Part shown: positions 1-10,492 of the stretch, in pieces
Numbering within the stretch: position 1 is the first letter of the stretch
Layout of the letters: every line of letters starts with the position of its first letter
Source: a virus
Taxonomy: Duplodnaviria; Caudoviricetes
IMG/VR virus record: IMGVR_UViG_3300034061_003631
Location: 11-64,010 of that record
DNA length: 64,000 bases
Reading direction: 5' to 3' (one strand)
Translations under genes and position numbers: made by a program
The notes under the pieces: generated by a model
Told to the model about the DNA's origin: nothing
The model's database searches: none
Seen by the model: only the letters and a program-made list of their open reading frames with translations

Positions 1-663
1 TCTTTTTGCTTTTAAGTTACCAAGTACAAGCTCATTGGCCAAACCAAGTTTGATTTTGGCTGCTTGTAAAGCAACTTTATTTGTTACGAAATTAATACCT
101 CTTCTCGGAGATTCATGGTTAAAAAGAATACCAGAGCAAACAAATAATCCATAAGATTGAGCGTAATTTCTGCATAGGGTATGGGCGTACAATTTAGCAC
201 AACCATATGGGCTTACTGGGATCATCGGTGTCGTTTCTCTTTGAAAGCCATCTGGATCTGAAGAATTTCCAAACATTTCTGAGGTTGCAGCATGATAGAC
301 TTTAGAATGTGGAGAAAATCTTCTTACTGCCTCTAAAACGGCAAGCGTACCACCACCATTTACATCTAAAGTATATTGTGGTAACTCAAAAGAAATTTGA
401 ACGTGAGACTGTGCAGCCAAATGGTAAATTTCATCTGGTTGCAATTTTTGTATTGCGCTTTCTATACTTATTGGATCTGTTAAATCCGCATAATGCAGTG
501 TTATTAAATTTTTATCGTGAAGATGTTGAATTCTTGTTGTTTGAGATTCGGGAACAGAATTTCTTCTAATTGTTCCGTGTACTTCATAGTTTTTTTCAAT
601 TAAAAACTCTGCTAAGTACGAAGCATCTTGTCCATTGGCGCCAATTATTAAAGCTTTTTTCAT
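1..663 (-). CDS. gmd: GDP-mannose 4,6-dehydratase (3' end runs off the window)
   Basis: Not in the ORF track. Translation from ATG at 663 gives MKKALIIGANGQDASYLAEFLIEKNYEVHGTIRR...YHLAAQSHV...PVSPYGCAKLY...FNHESPRRG, which are Gmd motifs. Confidence 0.95.
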   Translation of the reverse strand, partial: MKKALIIGANGQDASYLAEFLIEKNYEVHGTIRRNSVPESQTTRIQHLHDKNLITLHYADLTDPISIESAIQKLQPDEIYHLAAQSHVQISFELPQYTLDVNGGGTLAVLEAVRRFSPHSKVYHAATSEMFGNSSDPDGFQRETTPMIPVSPYGCAKLYAHTLCRNYAQSYGLFVCSGILFNHESPRRGINFVTNKVALQAAKIKLGLANELVLGNLKAKR

Positions 664-676
664 ATTATACTTTGTA

Positions 677-1621
677 TTAGTTTCTATCATAATTTTCTCT
701 ATTTGCCATATACCAGTTTATTGTTTTGGAGATACCTTCATTTAAATTAATTTTAGATTCCCAACCAAGTTTATTGAGTCTTTCATTACTTAACTTTCTA
801 AGTGGTGTTCCGTTTGGTTTACTAGTATCCCAAACAATTTTTCCAGTGTAACCCACTTTTTCTTTTATTGTTTCTGCCAATTCCTTTATTGTAACATCCA
901 TTCCCGTTCCAACGTTAATAATGTCTGACTCATTATAGGTATTCATTAAAAATACACAAGCATCTGCCATATCATCTGAGCAAATAAATTCTCTTGTTGG
1001 TGTGCCATCGCCAAAACATGTTACCGTAGGTAAATTGTTTTCTTTAGCATCAATAAATTTTCTAATAAGAGCTGGAATTACGTGACACTTTTGAATATTA
1101 AAATTATCATTTATTCCATATGCATTTGCTGGCATCAATGAAATGCAATTGAAACCATATTGTTGTTTATAATATTGACACATTTTTAAACCAACAATTT
1201 TAGCCAAAGCATAACCAGCATTGGTTTCTTCCAACTCACCCGTCATCAAATATTCTTCTTTAATTGGTTGTGGTGTGATTTTTGGATAAATGCATGCTGA
1301 TCCTAAAAATAATAGTTTTTTTGTTCCAGTAAGATGGGCGCTGTGTATTACATTATTTTGTATTTGTAAATTGTCGTATGTAAACTCTGCTGGGCATTCT
1401 TTATTCCAGCCGATACCACCCACTTTAGCAGCACACAAAAATACATATTCGGGCTTTTCTTTATTAAAGAAATGCCAGACAGCCAACTGATCTCTCAAGT
1501 CCATCTCTTGGCGTGTTCGTTTAATAATGTTTGTATAGCCTTTTTCTTCTAGTTTTCTTACTATTGCTGAACCTATTAAACCTCTATGTCCAGCCACAAA
1601 TATTTTTGAATTTTTATTCAT
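677..1621 (-). CDS. fcl: GDP-L-fucose synthase family epimerase/reductase (Fcl, possibly ColC-like)
   Basis: AGHRGLIGSA, AAKVGGI, LGSACIYP, YALAK, GDGTPTREF motifs. Confidence 0.93.
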   Translation of the reverse strand: MNKNSKIFVAGHRGLIGSAIVRKLEEKGYTNIIKRTRQEMDLRDQLAVWHFFNKEKPEYVFLCAAKVGGIGWNKECPAEFTYDNLQIQNNVIHSAHLTGTKKLLFLGSACIYPKITPQPIKEEYLMTGELEETNAGYALAKIVGLKMCQYYKQQYGFNCISLMPANAYGINDNFNIQKCHVIPALIRKFIDAKENNLPTVTCFGDGTPTREFICSDDMADACVFLMNTYNESDIINVGTGMDVTIKELAETIKEKVGYTGKIVWDTSKPNGTPLRKLSNERLNKLGWESKINLNEGISKTINWYMANRENYDRN

Positions 1622-1622
1622 C

Positions 1623-2783
1623 TTATTCCTTTATAATTGTTTCATTTACAATGTTTGCAATGTATTTGATATCTTCTTCTGTCATATCCGGATTATTTGG
1701 CAAATATAATCCATGATTATGGATTATGTCTGAGAACGGAAATACTTGCAAACCAAATTGTTTATAATAAAATGGTTGCCGAGACATACTGCCGCAAATC
1801 AACGGACGACATTCAACATTTCCATTTTGTAAATTGTTTGCTATTTTGCTTTTATTTGGGTGAATTATGGGATATGCAAAATTACTAACAAAATCAGAGT
1901 ATTTTATTTTCCAATAATCATTTTTAATTAAAGAATCATACAATAAAAAGTTTTGATATCTTTTTATATTTTTTTCTTTTAATGTTTTGAGTTGATTGAT
2001 TCCCAAAAATGCTTGAACATCTGTTGCTCTTAAATTAAATCCCGGATAATAAAAAGTATAAAAATTTCTAAAATCATCTATATTATTTTCGGCTTGCAAT
2101 TTTTCTTTTGTTTCTTTAGAAAGATCACGGCTCCATCCATGAGATCTAATTGATTTTAATATTTCATATAATTCAAAATCGTTAGTGCAAACAAAACCAC
2201 CTTCTATTGTAGAAAAGTGGTGGCCGAAGTACGTTGAAAACGATGACATTAAACCAAAGGTTCCGGTTTGTTTTCCTTTGTATTCTGTTCCAACGCTTTC
2301 GCAAGAATCTTCAAGAAGAATTACATCATATTTTTTACAAATATTTTGTATTTCTTCCATTTTATTTGGAAAGCCCAACACATGTACTAAAATAACGCAT
2401 GCTGGATTGTGTTCTTTGCAAAGTTTTTCAAAATACTCTATATCTAATCCCAAAGTGTCTTTATCAGTTTCGCAAAGAATGGGCTCCAATCCAAGCTGAA
2501 TGGCTGGACTAATTGTAGTAACCCACGATACGCAGGGTACAATAATTTTATTATTTTTTAGTTTGTTGCTAACCTTTAAAGCATATACCATAGCTAAATT
2601 AGCGGAGGATCCGGAATTAAGGAATACTGCATGCTTGACCCCAAGCCAATTAGCCCACTCACTTTCAAATTGTTCGGTTAATTTGCCTTTAGTTAATTGC
2701 GGGTAGGTTTTTAACCAATCACACAATTGATCTATTTCATTATTTGAAATGGTGTCTTTTACAAGTTTTATTGTTTGTCGCAT
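1623..2783 (-). CDS. colD: ColD-type PLP-dependent GDP-4-keto-6-deoxymannose 3-dehydratase (DegT/DnrJ fold)
   Basis: NSGSSANL, EDSCES; SFSTYFGHHFSTIEGG has His where aminotransferases have the Schiff-base Lys; RSHGWSR. Start taken at MRQTIK (2783). Confidence 0.75.
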   Translation of the reverse strand: MRQTIKLVKDTISNNEIDQLCDWLKTYPQLTKGKLTEQFESEWANWLGVKHAVFLNSGSSANLAMVYALKVSNKLKNNKIIVPCVSWVTTISPAIQLGLEPILCETDKDTLGLDIEYFEKLCKEHNPACVILVHVLGFPNKMEEIQNICKKYDVILLEDSCESVGTEYKGKQTGTFGLMSSFSTYFGHHFSTIEGGFVCTNDFELYEILKSIRSHGWSRDLSKETKEKLQAENNIDDFRNFYTFYYPGFNLRATDVQAFLGINQLKTLKEKNIKRYQNFLLYDSLIKNDYWKIKYSDFVSNFAYPIIHPNKSKIANNLQNGNVECRPLICGSMSRQPFYYKQFGLQVFPFSDIIHNHGLYLPNNPDMTEEDIKYIANIVNETIIKE

Positions 2784-3784
2784 ATGTATTTTTGCCAAGA
2801 AATTGTTTTTTCGATTCCTTCTTCAATTTTAATAAATTGTGGTTTACCAAATTCGTTTGTATATCTTTTTAAACTTAGATTTACAGCTTTTGGATTCCCA
2901 GACAATGCATTTTTATCATCTTTAGGAATAGAAAGACTACAATTTAATTTATTACTTATCTTGGAAGCCAACTCACTTATTAAAATTTTAGAATCTCCGC
3001 ATACATTATACACTGTATTTTTTCCATGTAAAGTAATATTAAATATCATTTCTACCAAATCCATAACATAACCATATGTTCTCATGGACATTCCGCTGTC
3101 TAAGAGTGTTATCTCGCCTTGCTCTAGACCTTTTTGTATAATGCTATGCATGACTCTAGAATCATTTATTCTGGTTCCAGGACCGTAAGCCAAACTAATC
3201 CTAGCAATTTTTACATCAAATCCTTTGTCTTTATAAGCGTGACATATGGTTTCACCGCATCTTTTACTTTCAATATAACATGAGCGAGGATGATCTGGTG
3301 TGGTGGTTCCGATCTCTTCTTCTGTTATGTTTTCCTTGACCAAACCGCTATAAATTTCACTGGTACTACAAAAAACAAATGTGCCGTTTGGTTTTAGTAA
3401 ATTAAAAAGATTATTAGTTGTTTCTGTATTTAATTTTATGGTATTTAACTTATCGCCAGTAAATTTTTGTGGCTGGGCATATCCTGCAGCATGAATGATC
3501 ACATCAAATTTTTCATTTACTTCTGCAATTGTTTTTGCATCTGTAAGGTTTCCAAAAATAACATTGCATGTTTCAAACAAATTTGATATTTTTTTATCTA
3601 GTTTAGAATTGACCCAGCAAAATATTTCTAGATCTTTTTTCTTTTTTAGCTGTACCAGAGTTGCAACAATGTGAAGCCCGATTAGACCAGATGCGCCGGT
3701 AATCAGTATTTTTTTATTTGCTAGTTTAGAAAAATCAATAGAATTGATTGTTTTGTCTGCGTCTTTATAAATTATTTCAAGCAT
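2768..3784 (-). CDS. NAD-dependent epimerase/dehydratase (extended SDR)
   Basis: ITGASGLIG, STSEIY, YIESKRCGE (YxxxK). Confidence 0.9.
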   Translation of the reverse strand: MLEIIYKDADKTINSIDFSKLANKKILITGASGLIGLHIVATLVQLKKKKDLEIFCWVNSKLDKKISNLFETCNVIFGNLTDAKTIAEVNEKFDVIIHAAGYAQPQKFTGDKLNTIKLNTETTNNLFNLLKPNGTFVFCSTSEIYSGLVKENITEEEIGTTTPDHPRSCYIESKRCGETICHAYKDKGFDVKIARISLAYGPGTRINDSRVMHSIIQKGLEQGEITLLDSGMSMRTYGYVMDLVEMIFNITLHGKNTVYNVCGDSKILISELASKISNKLNCSLSIPKDDKNALSGNPKAVNLSLKRYTNEFGKPQFIKIEEGIEKTISWQKYICDKQ

Positions 3785-4647
3785 TCCAATACCCTTTTAT
3801 TTATGCCAACCTCATCCATTTCGATATTAGCATCGTGCTGTTTTTTTGTGCCGTAGTTTGTTAAAAATTTACGAGGAATTCCTATATTGTATAATTTATA
3901 TTTTTGTCCTTCTAATGCCTTTGTTATTAAATAATTTGTAGTTCCTTCATAAAAAGGTTCACAAATTATAATAATCTCGTTGCTATTTTGCATCAAAGTA
4001 TCGGCATCAAAAGGTCTTACTGTTGTATAATACAGAATCGTAACATCTAAGTCTTTTGTGGCATTCAATACCGATTGTAAAATATTTCCATAACATACAA
4101 TTGTTGCTTTGGATCCCTTTTTTACAACAATTGCTTTTCCAAAAGAAACTTCAAATTCTTCAGTATTTTCAAATTCACTTAATCTAAAGTAAGTAGGGTT
4201 TCCATTATTGTAACTAACTTTTAATAATTTATCAAAATCTGCTGATGTTCCGGGACACACTATTTCCATATTAGGTATAGACAGCAAGCAGGAAATATCT
4301 GCTGGGCAGTGGTGGGTGCATCCGAGAGATGCATAATCATATGACGCACCAACACTGATAAAATTACCATTTAAACATTGATAACCAAAATCGACCTTTA
4401 GCTGCTCCAGAGCTCGTTCTACGATGAACGGTGCGATGGTGTGTACAAATGGAATTAAACCCGTCTTGGCCAGTCCTGCTGCCACACCTATCGTGGCCTG
4501 CTCAAGGATTCCTATATTGTAGGCTCTGGATGGAATGTTTTTTAGTTCATTTCTGAAACCAAATACTCCTATATCCCCAAGAAGCAGACAAGTTTTTTCA
4601 TTTGAATATAAAATTTCTTGTATAGATTTTGTAAATTGTTTTCTCAT
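3772..4647 (-). CDS. Transketolase-like protein, C-terminal (pyrimidine-binding) subunit
   Basis: NIGILEQ, RALEQLKVD, LGCTHH motifs. Confidence 0.88.
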   Translation of the reverse strand: MRKQFTKSIQEILYSNEKTCLLLGDIGVFGFRNELKNIPSRAYNIGILEQATIGVAAGLAKTGLIPFVHTIAPFIVERALEQLKVDFGYQCLNGNFISVGASYDYASLGCTHHCPADISCLLSIPNMEIVCPGTSADFDKLLKVSYNNGNPTYFRLSEFENTEEFEVSFGKAIVVKKGSKATIVCYGNILQSVLNATKDLDVTILYYTTVRPFDADTLMQNSNEIIIICEPFYEGTTNYLITKALEGQKYKLYNIGIPRKFLTNYGTKKQHDANIEMDEVGINKRVLECLK

Positions 4648-5381
4648 TAATTTAGCTCACCGATAAAAATATTCAACTCATCAATATTTGGAGACTTGTG
4701 ATGCCACTCTGGATTATTCTCCATCACTTTAATGCCTTTACCTTTTATGGTATTTGCAAGAATAAAAATTGGCTTGTCTTCTGATGTATGAGAAAAAGCA
4801 TCAATCAATTGTCGTTGATCGTGTCCGTCTACTTCAAGACAGTCCCAATTAAATGATTTAAATTTTTCTTTTACATCATCAATTTTTACTGCTCTATCTC
4901 CTGATCTGTTGTGGTCCAATACGCAATAAAGATTGTTTAGTTTGTGGTGTGATGCTAGCATAGCAGATTCCCATATAGAACCTTCGTTCGCTTCTCCATC
5001 ACCTATTAAGACAAAAACTTTATTATCTTTATTTTGTATCTTATATCCCATTGCCATTCCAACAGCTATTGGTAATCCGTGGCCCAACGAACCAGTTGAT
5101 GTCTCTACCGATTCTGTTTTATTGCACGGATGGCCACCAAGTTCTGAATTAAAATCACAAAAACTGTTTATATCGCATTTCAGTAAATTAAAATTATTTA
5201 ATACAACATAAAGCCCTAAAGATGCATGCCCCTTGGACAATATAAATTTATTGTTTGTGTTTGTAATAAATTTACCGTAAAGAACATATAAAATATCAAG
5301 AATAGAAAGAGAGCTTCCTATATGCCCCTCTTTCTTTTTATGAGCTAGCTCTAATATCTTTTGTATCAGGTGTTTAGTCAT
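4647..5381 (-). CDS. Transketolase-like protein, N-terminal TPP-binding subunit
   Basis: GHIGSSLS, LSKGHA, TGSLGHG, GDGEANEG, TIKGKG. Confidence 0.92.
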   Translation of the reverse strand: MTKHLIQKILELAHKKKEGHIGSSLSILDILYVLYGKFITNTNNKFILSKGHASLGLYVVLNNFNLLKCDINSFCDFNSELGGHPCNKTESVETSTGSLGHGLPIAVGMAMGYKIQNKDNKVFVLIGDGEANEGSIWESAMLASHHKLNNLYCVLDHNRSGDRAVKIDDVKEKFKSFNWDCLEVDGHDQRQLIDAFSHTSEDKPIFILANTIKGKGIKVMENNPEWHHKSPNIDELNIFIGELN

Positions 5382-5737
5382 TTTGTATCAAAATTTTTAT
5401 AAACTTTTACACTGTCTTCACGCAATGTTTTTCCATCTTTGATCGCCGCATCAACCATTTTATTAATTGCCTGAACATACATTGGCCTCTTTTGCTTGAA
5501 GCAAATATCAACCTTTCTTTTTATATCAGCCAATTCAGAATCTGTTTTAGCGATACCGGCCATATCTTCTAAGAACCATGTTCTGATGTGAAGAATCACT
5601 AGTTTTTCAATTACTTCTCCTAAATTATCAGAAACGGCTAATTCCAAAGGCAATTCTGGTATCCCGTCTTTTTTATCTAATACTTCTTTTACCCTGTGAG
5701 TGATTAATTCCTCTATTTTATTTGCTATATCAATCAT
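5378..5737 (-). CDS. Hypothetical helical protein (DUF4254-like)
   Basis: GEVIEKLVILHIRTWFLED pattern; overlaps its operon neighbours. Confidence 0.55.
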   Translation of the reverse strand: MIDIANKIEELITHRVKEVLDKKDGIPELPLELAVSDNLGEVIEKLVILHIRTWFLEDMAGIAKTDSELADIKRKVDICFKQKRPMYVQAINKMVDAAIKDGKTLREDSVKVYKNFDTK

Positions 5738-6630
5738 AATATCTCCATAATTTCATTTTGAATTATATTACATATGTGTCCATAATCAAAATTATTTGAC
5801 CAAATTTGTTTTGCTTGTTCTTTTGGCAAATGTTCTGGTAATGCCCATTTACCATCAACCATATAATTTGTAAAAGAAATAAAAGTTTTATTTGGATTAT
5901 ATAAGGTTTCTTTGTTATGACAAAAACAAAATGGCCCGCTTCCTTTACCAATTATAATATTGGATTTGGACCCAAGATAAGCAATTTCATTTAAATCACC
6001 ACCATTGGTTTTTATAAAATCCGAAGTATAAAACACATTTGGAAGTTGTATTTTTGATCTATTATCCGTCAATATAAATGCGATATTTTTATTTTTGGGT
6101 GCTAGCGAAAGTATAATATTATCTAAATTTATATCTGCTGATTGTCCAGATAATACTGGCCCATTTGATATTAAAACATACTTATCGAATATATTATTTT
6201 TTAAAAATTCATCAACATGTGTAACATCAAAAAAAGACCAATCTATTTCTGGAATATAAAAATTTATATCCTCTATGGAAATATTTAAACATCTATAAAT
6301 ATTTTGAAATTTTTTATAATTTGTATTTAATGAACAACCCATCATCATTTCTAAATGTTTACCATTTGAAGATCCGACCCAGGTGTTTACAAATAATATT
6401 TTATTTTCATTATCTACAAAAAATTCATTAGAATTAAAATTAAATAAATTATTATTTTTAAAAATAATGTTTTTTATATCTTTTACTATTTTTAGTGAGC
6501 TTCCCAGTGGCAAATAATATTCAGAATGAATATTTATTTTTTTTTGTAAATCTTTTACAAATTCTCTAGAGTAATGAACATCGCCATTGTGCCCACCATT
6601 ATAAAATATCAATGTATTAATTTCACTCAT
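5734..6630 (-). CDS. Putative GT-B glycosyltransferase-like protein
   Basis: HNGDVHY near N-terminus and IIGKGSGP near C-terminus resemble GT9-like proteins; operon context. Confidence 0.5.
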   Translation of the reverse strand: MSEINTLIFYNGGHNGDVHYSREFVKDLQKKINIHSEYYLPLGSSLKIVKDIKNIIFKNNNLFNFNSNEFFVDNENKILFVNTWVGSSNGKHLEMMMGCSLNTNYKKFQNIYRCLNISIEDINFYIPEIDWSFFDVTHVDEFLKNNIFDKYVLISNGPVLSGQSADINLDNIILSLAPKNKNIAFILTDNRSKIQLPNVFYTSDFIKTNGGDLNEIAYLGSKSNIIIGKGSGPFCFCHNKETLYNPNKTFISFTNYMVDGKWALPEHLPKEQAKQIWSNNFDYGHICNIIQNEIMEIL

Positions 6631-6632
6631 AA

Positions 6633-7262
6633 TTATTTTTCAAAAATAAATATCCCACATCCATTCCACCAACCGTTTGAATCTTCATATCCTTGAAATG
6701 AAATATGAGAATGAATTTTTAATTTTAAATCATTAATTGCTCTTATAGTCCCATATTGTACATCTGTCCAAGTCCAGTCATCAACCATATAAATAAAAGA
6801 ATTTGCCATAGAAGGGTAATAATACTTTAATGCCAAATAATGATCTTCTTCTTTATGATCACCATCATAAAAGTACACGTCAATATCTTTCATGTTTTGT
6901 TTTTCAAAATCTATTTTAAAACAATCTGAATCGATCAAATTAACAGGACATTTTAAATTTAAATTCCAATTATTTAAAAAATCATCTTTTGGTGATCCAA
7001 ATTGAGAAAAATTATCTATAACCCAATGGTTTAATTTATTTTCATTTCCATTTAAAGCTGCTATTACAGTAGATCCATGCCACACACCAATTTCTACATA
7101 ATTTTTTACAATATCTCTTGATAACAATCTGTTAACAAATTTTTTATATTCTTTTCCAGAAAACCCTTTAATATTAAAAATTTGATCAGAAATATTATAT
7201 TGATTTTCATTATTTAATGCATAAAAAACTGAATTTTTTAAGTCGTTTATTCTATTATTCAT
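6633..7262 (-). CDS. Class I SAM-dependent methyltransferase (Methyltransf_24-like)
   Basis: YVEIGVWHGST, FYDGDH, VDDW. Confidence 0.85.
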   Translation of the reverse strand: MNNRINDLKNSVFYALNNENQYNISDQIFNIKGFSGKEYKKFVNRLLSRDIVKNYVEIGVWHGSTVIAALNGNENKLNHWVIDNFSQFGSPKDDFLNNWNLNLKCPVNLIDSDCFKIDFEKQNMKDIDVYFYDGDHKEEDHYLALKYYYPSMANSFIYMVDDWTWTDVQYGTIRAINDLKLKIHSHISFQGYEDSNGWWNGCGIFIFEK

Positions 7263-7287
7263 TATTATTTTCCTTTATATTAAAAAA

Positions 7288-8055
7288 TCATCTAAACTGT
7301 ATATGAGTATCTATTTGCTCGCAATCTATCTCAGGCTTAATTATTCTTACATAGGTTGAAACATTGCTGCTGGTAAATATCATTTTGTCACATTTAGATA
7401 ATGCTATTCCTTCTTTAAAAATATCAATAGCTAATTTATCTTTGTCTTCAAAATTGCAAAATGGTATTGTAACATCAGTGCTACTTCGTGTAATATTTTC
7501 ATTTATAAAAAGTTTATCTCCATATTTTTTTCTAAATGAATCTACGATTTTATATTCATCCGTAGCCAAAAAAACATTATTATATTTTCCAGTTTCTAAA
7601 TTTTTATCTATTTTTTCAAAATAATATTCATCTGGTAAAATATCACCATGTATTGCGTGGTCTGTTCTTCTTACATGCACACCCAAGGTGTTTGACTTGA
7701 ATGGAACTATTTCTGATAAATGATTAAAAATTGGATTTGCGAAGTAGTTACACCGTTTTAATGCATCATTTACTTTTATAATTTTTTCTATTGGAGTTAT
7801 TGGAGTATAGTATTGGTGACTAAGATCAAAAACACTTAGTGTCTTTGACCACTGTTCTTCTGTCGGTGGAACAGTTTGTTTAAATATAAATTTATCAAAA
7901 AGATTTTCATTTACATTATTTTGGTAGGTCTGTGCTTTCCATATAAAATAAAAACTGTTTATATTATTTTCATACAGATGCAATAAGCTGGCTGCTATGA
8001 GATTAAAACACGATAATAATCCACCAGTCCTTCTTTCTATTAAAAGATAAGCCAT
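7288..8055 (-). CDS. NodZ/O-fucosyltransferase-like glycosyltransferase
   Basis: LGVHVRRTD, FLATD, LSKCD...SSNVS motifs. Confidence 0.75.
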   Translation of the reverse strand: MAYLLIERRTGGLLSCFNLIAASLLHLYENNINSFYFIWKAQTYQNNVNENLFDKFIFKQTVPPTEEQWSKTLSVFDLSHQYYTPITPIEKIIKVNDALKRCNYFANPIFNHLSEIVPFKSNTLGVHVRRTDHAIHGDILPDEYYFEKIDKNLETGKYNNVFLATDEYKIVDSFRKKYGDKLFINENITRSSTDVTIPFCNFEDKDKLAIDIFKEGIALSKCDKMIFTSSNVSTYVRIIKPEIDCEQIDTHIQFR

Positions 8056-8056
8056 A

Positions 8057-8815
8057 TTACTCCTTTACCTGCAATACCATTTTATTAAATGATTTAAAAG
8101 TTTTAAAAGATCCACTGTGTGTATATGATGTAAAATACGTTTCTTCTTCTAAACCAAAACATCTATCCAATTTAATTGGAGCGTGTATCGGCATTATTTT
8201 ATTTTGACACAGTTTTGTAATCATACAATCATTTGGACCAACATAACCATTCTCTTCTATATAGTCACACATTAACTGGGCTCCAGCCCTAGTCAACAAA
8301 TATGCAGCCAATCCCTCACACAATAAAGGCAACTGTGCTTTGTACTCAATCAGATTATCATTTTTTTGTTCAACAAATGGTTGTCTATATAAAAATTGTT
8401 TAGATTGGTTGTGTGCGGTAACATTTTGAAGATTTATAAAATACAAATCATCACAAATTAATGATTCAAAAAATTCTATATTTGCATTTGGTTTTGCATC
8501 ATCTTCGCAAATTAAAATACTTAAATCGTTTGTATTTAAAAAAGCTTTCCAAAGTTTATAGTGGGCTATATAAGCAGCAATCTCTCCAAATCTGATCCAA
8601 TTTCTATTCGTATTTTCTAATAGTTTATCCTCATTAATTTTTATTTTATTATTTTCAAATAAAATATAATGAGTACCATTTTCTTCAATAAATGAACATT
8701 CATTTAAAGCTACACCGCTTTTAAATTCAAAATTAATATTATATTCATTGAAAGATTTGGTTATTTTTTCTTGTCTTTCTTTAGCTTCTGGTAATGTAAT
8801 TATTTGAACTTTCAT
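8057..8815 (-). CDS. Glycosyltransferase family 25
   Basis: GEIAAYIAHYKLW, LICEDDA, AYLLTRAGA. Confidence 0.82.
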   Translation of the reverse strand: MKVQIITLPEAKERQEKITKSFNEYNINFEFKSGVALNECSFIEENGTHYILFENNKIKINEDKLLENTNRNWIRFGEIAAYIAHYKLWKAFLNTNDLSILICEDDAKPNANIEFFESLICDDLYFINLQNVTAHNQSKQFLYRQPFVEQKNDNLIEYKAQLPLLCEGLAAYLLTRAGAQLMCDYIEENGYVGPNDCMITKLCQNKIMPIHAPIKLDRCFGLEEETYFTSYTHSGSFKTFKSFNKMVLQVKE

Positions 8816-9678
8816 AATGAAATTGTTTGTTTAATTTGATTTTTTATTTGCTCATATTTTTCATTTATATTATAATGAAAAATTGGACTATTATGAATAG
8901 TTTGATATAAACTTTCATCATTGTCTACCATTTTTACGTATTCCAAAACATCATGTATCGAATTAAAATTATTTACATAAATAAAACTGTTTGGATTAAA
9001 ATCTTTTAATACATATTCCGATCCCCAATAAATTGGTATGCAGCCTGATGTTTTTGCTTGTAAAATTTTTTCAGTAACATAACCCAATTTATTAGTATTT
9101 TCATATGCCATGCAAAATTTATAAGGTGAAATTACGTAATATTTTTTTAATTGATTTCTTTCGTGATCCCCATTTCCAAAAGGTAATCCAAAACCATCTG
9201 TTTTTTTATATGTGTTTAAGGTTTGCCAAAATTCAATTCTATTTTTATGCACTGCAGAAAATGGTGTTATACAAAAACTTGTTTTTGGTGTATTATACCA
9301 TTCATTATTTTGCAAATTGTTTACATTAACTGGAAGTATAGGATTTTGATTAGATACTAGATTATATCGATTTATATAGATCATCCACAAAGGAAGTCTT
9401 ATATTACCTCTATTTAAATCTGTTGGATCAAAAGTAAAATGATATTCAGCAGTATCATAAAATGGATCTTTTGGTTCTGCTATGTGTGATATTAATTTTG
9501 TTTTTGATCTATCTAAATTTGGTGGTACTAAATTTTCTCCAATCAAACACAAATTAGATTCGTAAGGATTTGTTGTATAACTAAAATCTTTACCATAAAT
9601 ATCTTGAAATAAAGATTTAAAAAAGTTATCTTCGTAATTAAAATCTGGCCAAAATCCGTATATTGATAATTTAATCAT
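8812..9678 (-). CDS. Glycosyltransferase family 10 (alpha-1,3/4-fucosyltransferase-like)
   Basis: YKFCMAYEN...GYVTEKI...GCIPIYWG. Confidence 0.9.
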   Translation of the reverse strand: MIKLSIYGFWPDFNYEDNFFKSLFQDIYGKDFSYTTNPYESNLCLIGENLVPPNLDRSKTKLISHIAEPKDPFYDTAEYHFTFDPTDLNRGNIRLPLWMIYINRYNLVSNQNPILPVNVNNLQNNEWYNTPKTSFCITPFSAVHKNRIEFWQTLNTYKKTDGFGLPFGNGDHERNQLKKYYVISPYKFCMAYENTNKLGYVTEKILQAKTSGCIPIYWGSEYVLKDFNPNSFIYVNNFNSIHDVLEYVKMVDNDESLYQTIHNSPIFHYNINEKYEQIKNQIKQTISL

Positions 9679-10492
9679 TTGCTATGCTATTAAAAATATA
9701 ATCATCAGCTGTAGTAAGATTGATAACTTTTTCAAAATTATTTTTTACGTATGGTAAACATTCTTGATATAATTCTGGTGTAAGGTTATCAAATGTTTCT
9801 AGATCGTCAATAAAAATAATACCTCTTGAATCAAAATCCTCTTCTATTGATCTGTCACCATAATAAATGGGAACCGTTCCTGTGGCAAAACAATCTGTTA
9901 TTTTTTCAGTATAATATTTTGGATAAATGCTATTTTCGATTACTATGGAAAACATATAATCTTTTAGACCATCAATTTTATCTGGAAGATATCTATAATC
10001 TCTGCCAAAAATATGATCTTGATATTTTGGATTGTTTTTTAGTTTTTCAAATAGCTCCATTCGTTTAATATGGCCAGAAGTAAATTGTTTAAAACTTGTA
10101 ATATAAGAACATAACTTATTTTTTTCGTATACTTTTGGCTCTTTTATCCACGGCATGTTTGATGCTGGTGGATTGTATTGAAAAAAATTAGGATCAATGT
10201 TTATTACTCGTCTATCGTTGGTAAATATTTTTTTATAACGTAGTTTTAAAACATCTTTATTTGATGTTATACCCATTAAAATAGATGATATAATTTCCGA
10301 CGATTCCCCCAGCCAACCATATTTTGGCCCAGTGTATCCATCATTTAAATATCTAAAAATAGCATCGTCAAAATATACAACAGGTGCATTTTGTTCTGGA
10401 TATTTGTTGAATACCCATTGAAATGTTTTTGGTGGATAATTTAAACAAGAATGTGTAGTAAAAGCGTTAGTAAAAATATTCAACGTATTCAT
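9671..10492 (-). CDS. Glycosyltransferase family 10-like
   Basis: YMFSIVIEN...YYTEKITDCFATGTVPIYYG. Confidence 0.85.
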   Translation of the reverse strand: MNTLNIFTNAFTTHSCLNYPPKTFQWVFNKYPEQNAPVVYFDDAIFRYLNDGYTGPKYGWLGESSEIISSILMGITSNKDVLKLRYKKIFTNDRRVINIDPNFFQYNPPASNMPWIKEPKVYEKNKLCSYITSFKQFTSGHIKRMELFEKLKNNPKYQDHIFGRDYRYLPDKIDGLKDYMFSIVIENSIYPKYYTEKITDCFATGTVPIYYGDRSIEEDFDSRGIIFIDDLETFDNLTPELYQECLPYVKNNFEKVINLTTADDYIFNSIAND

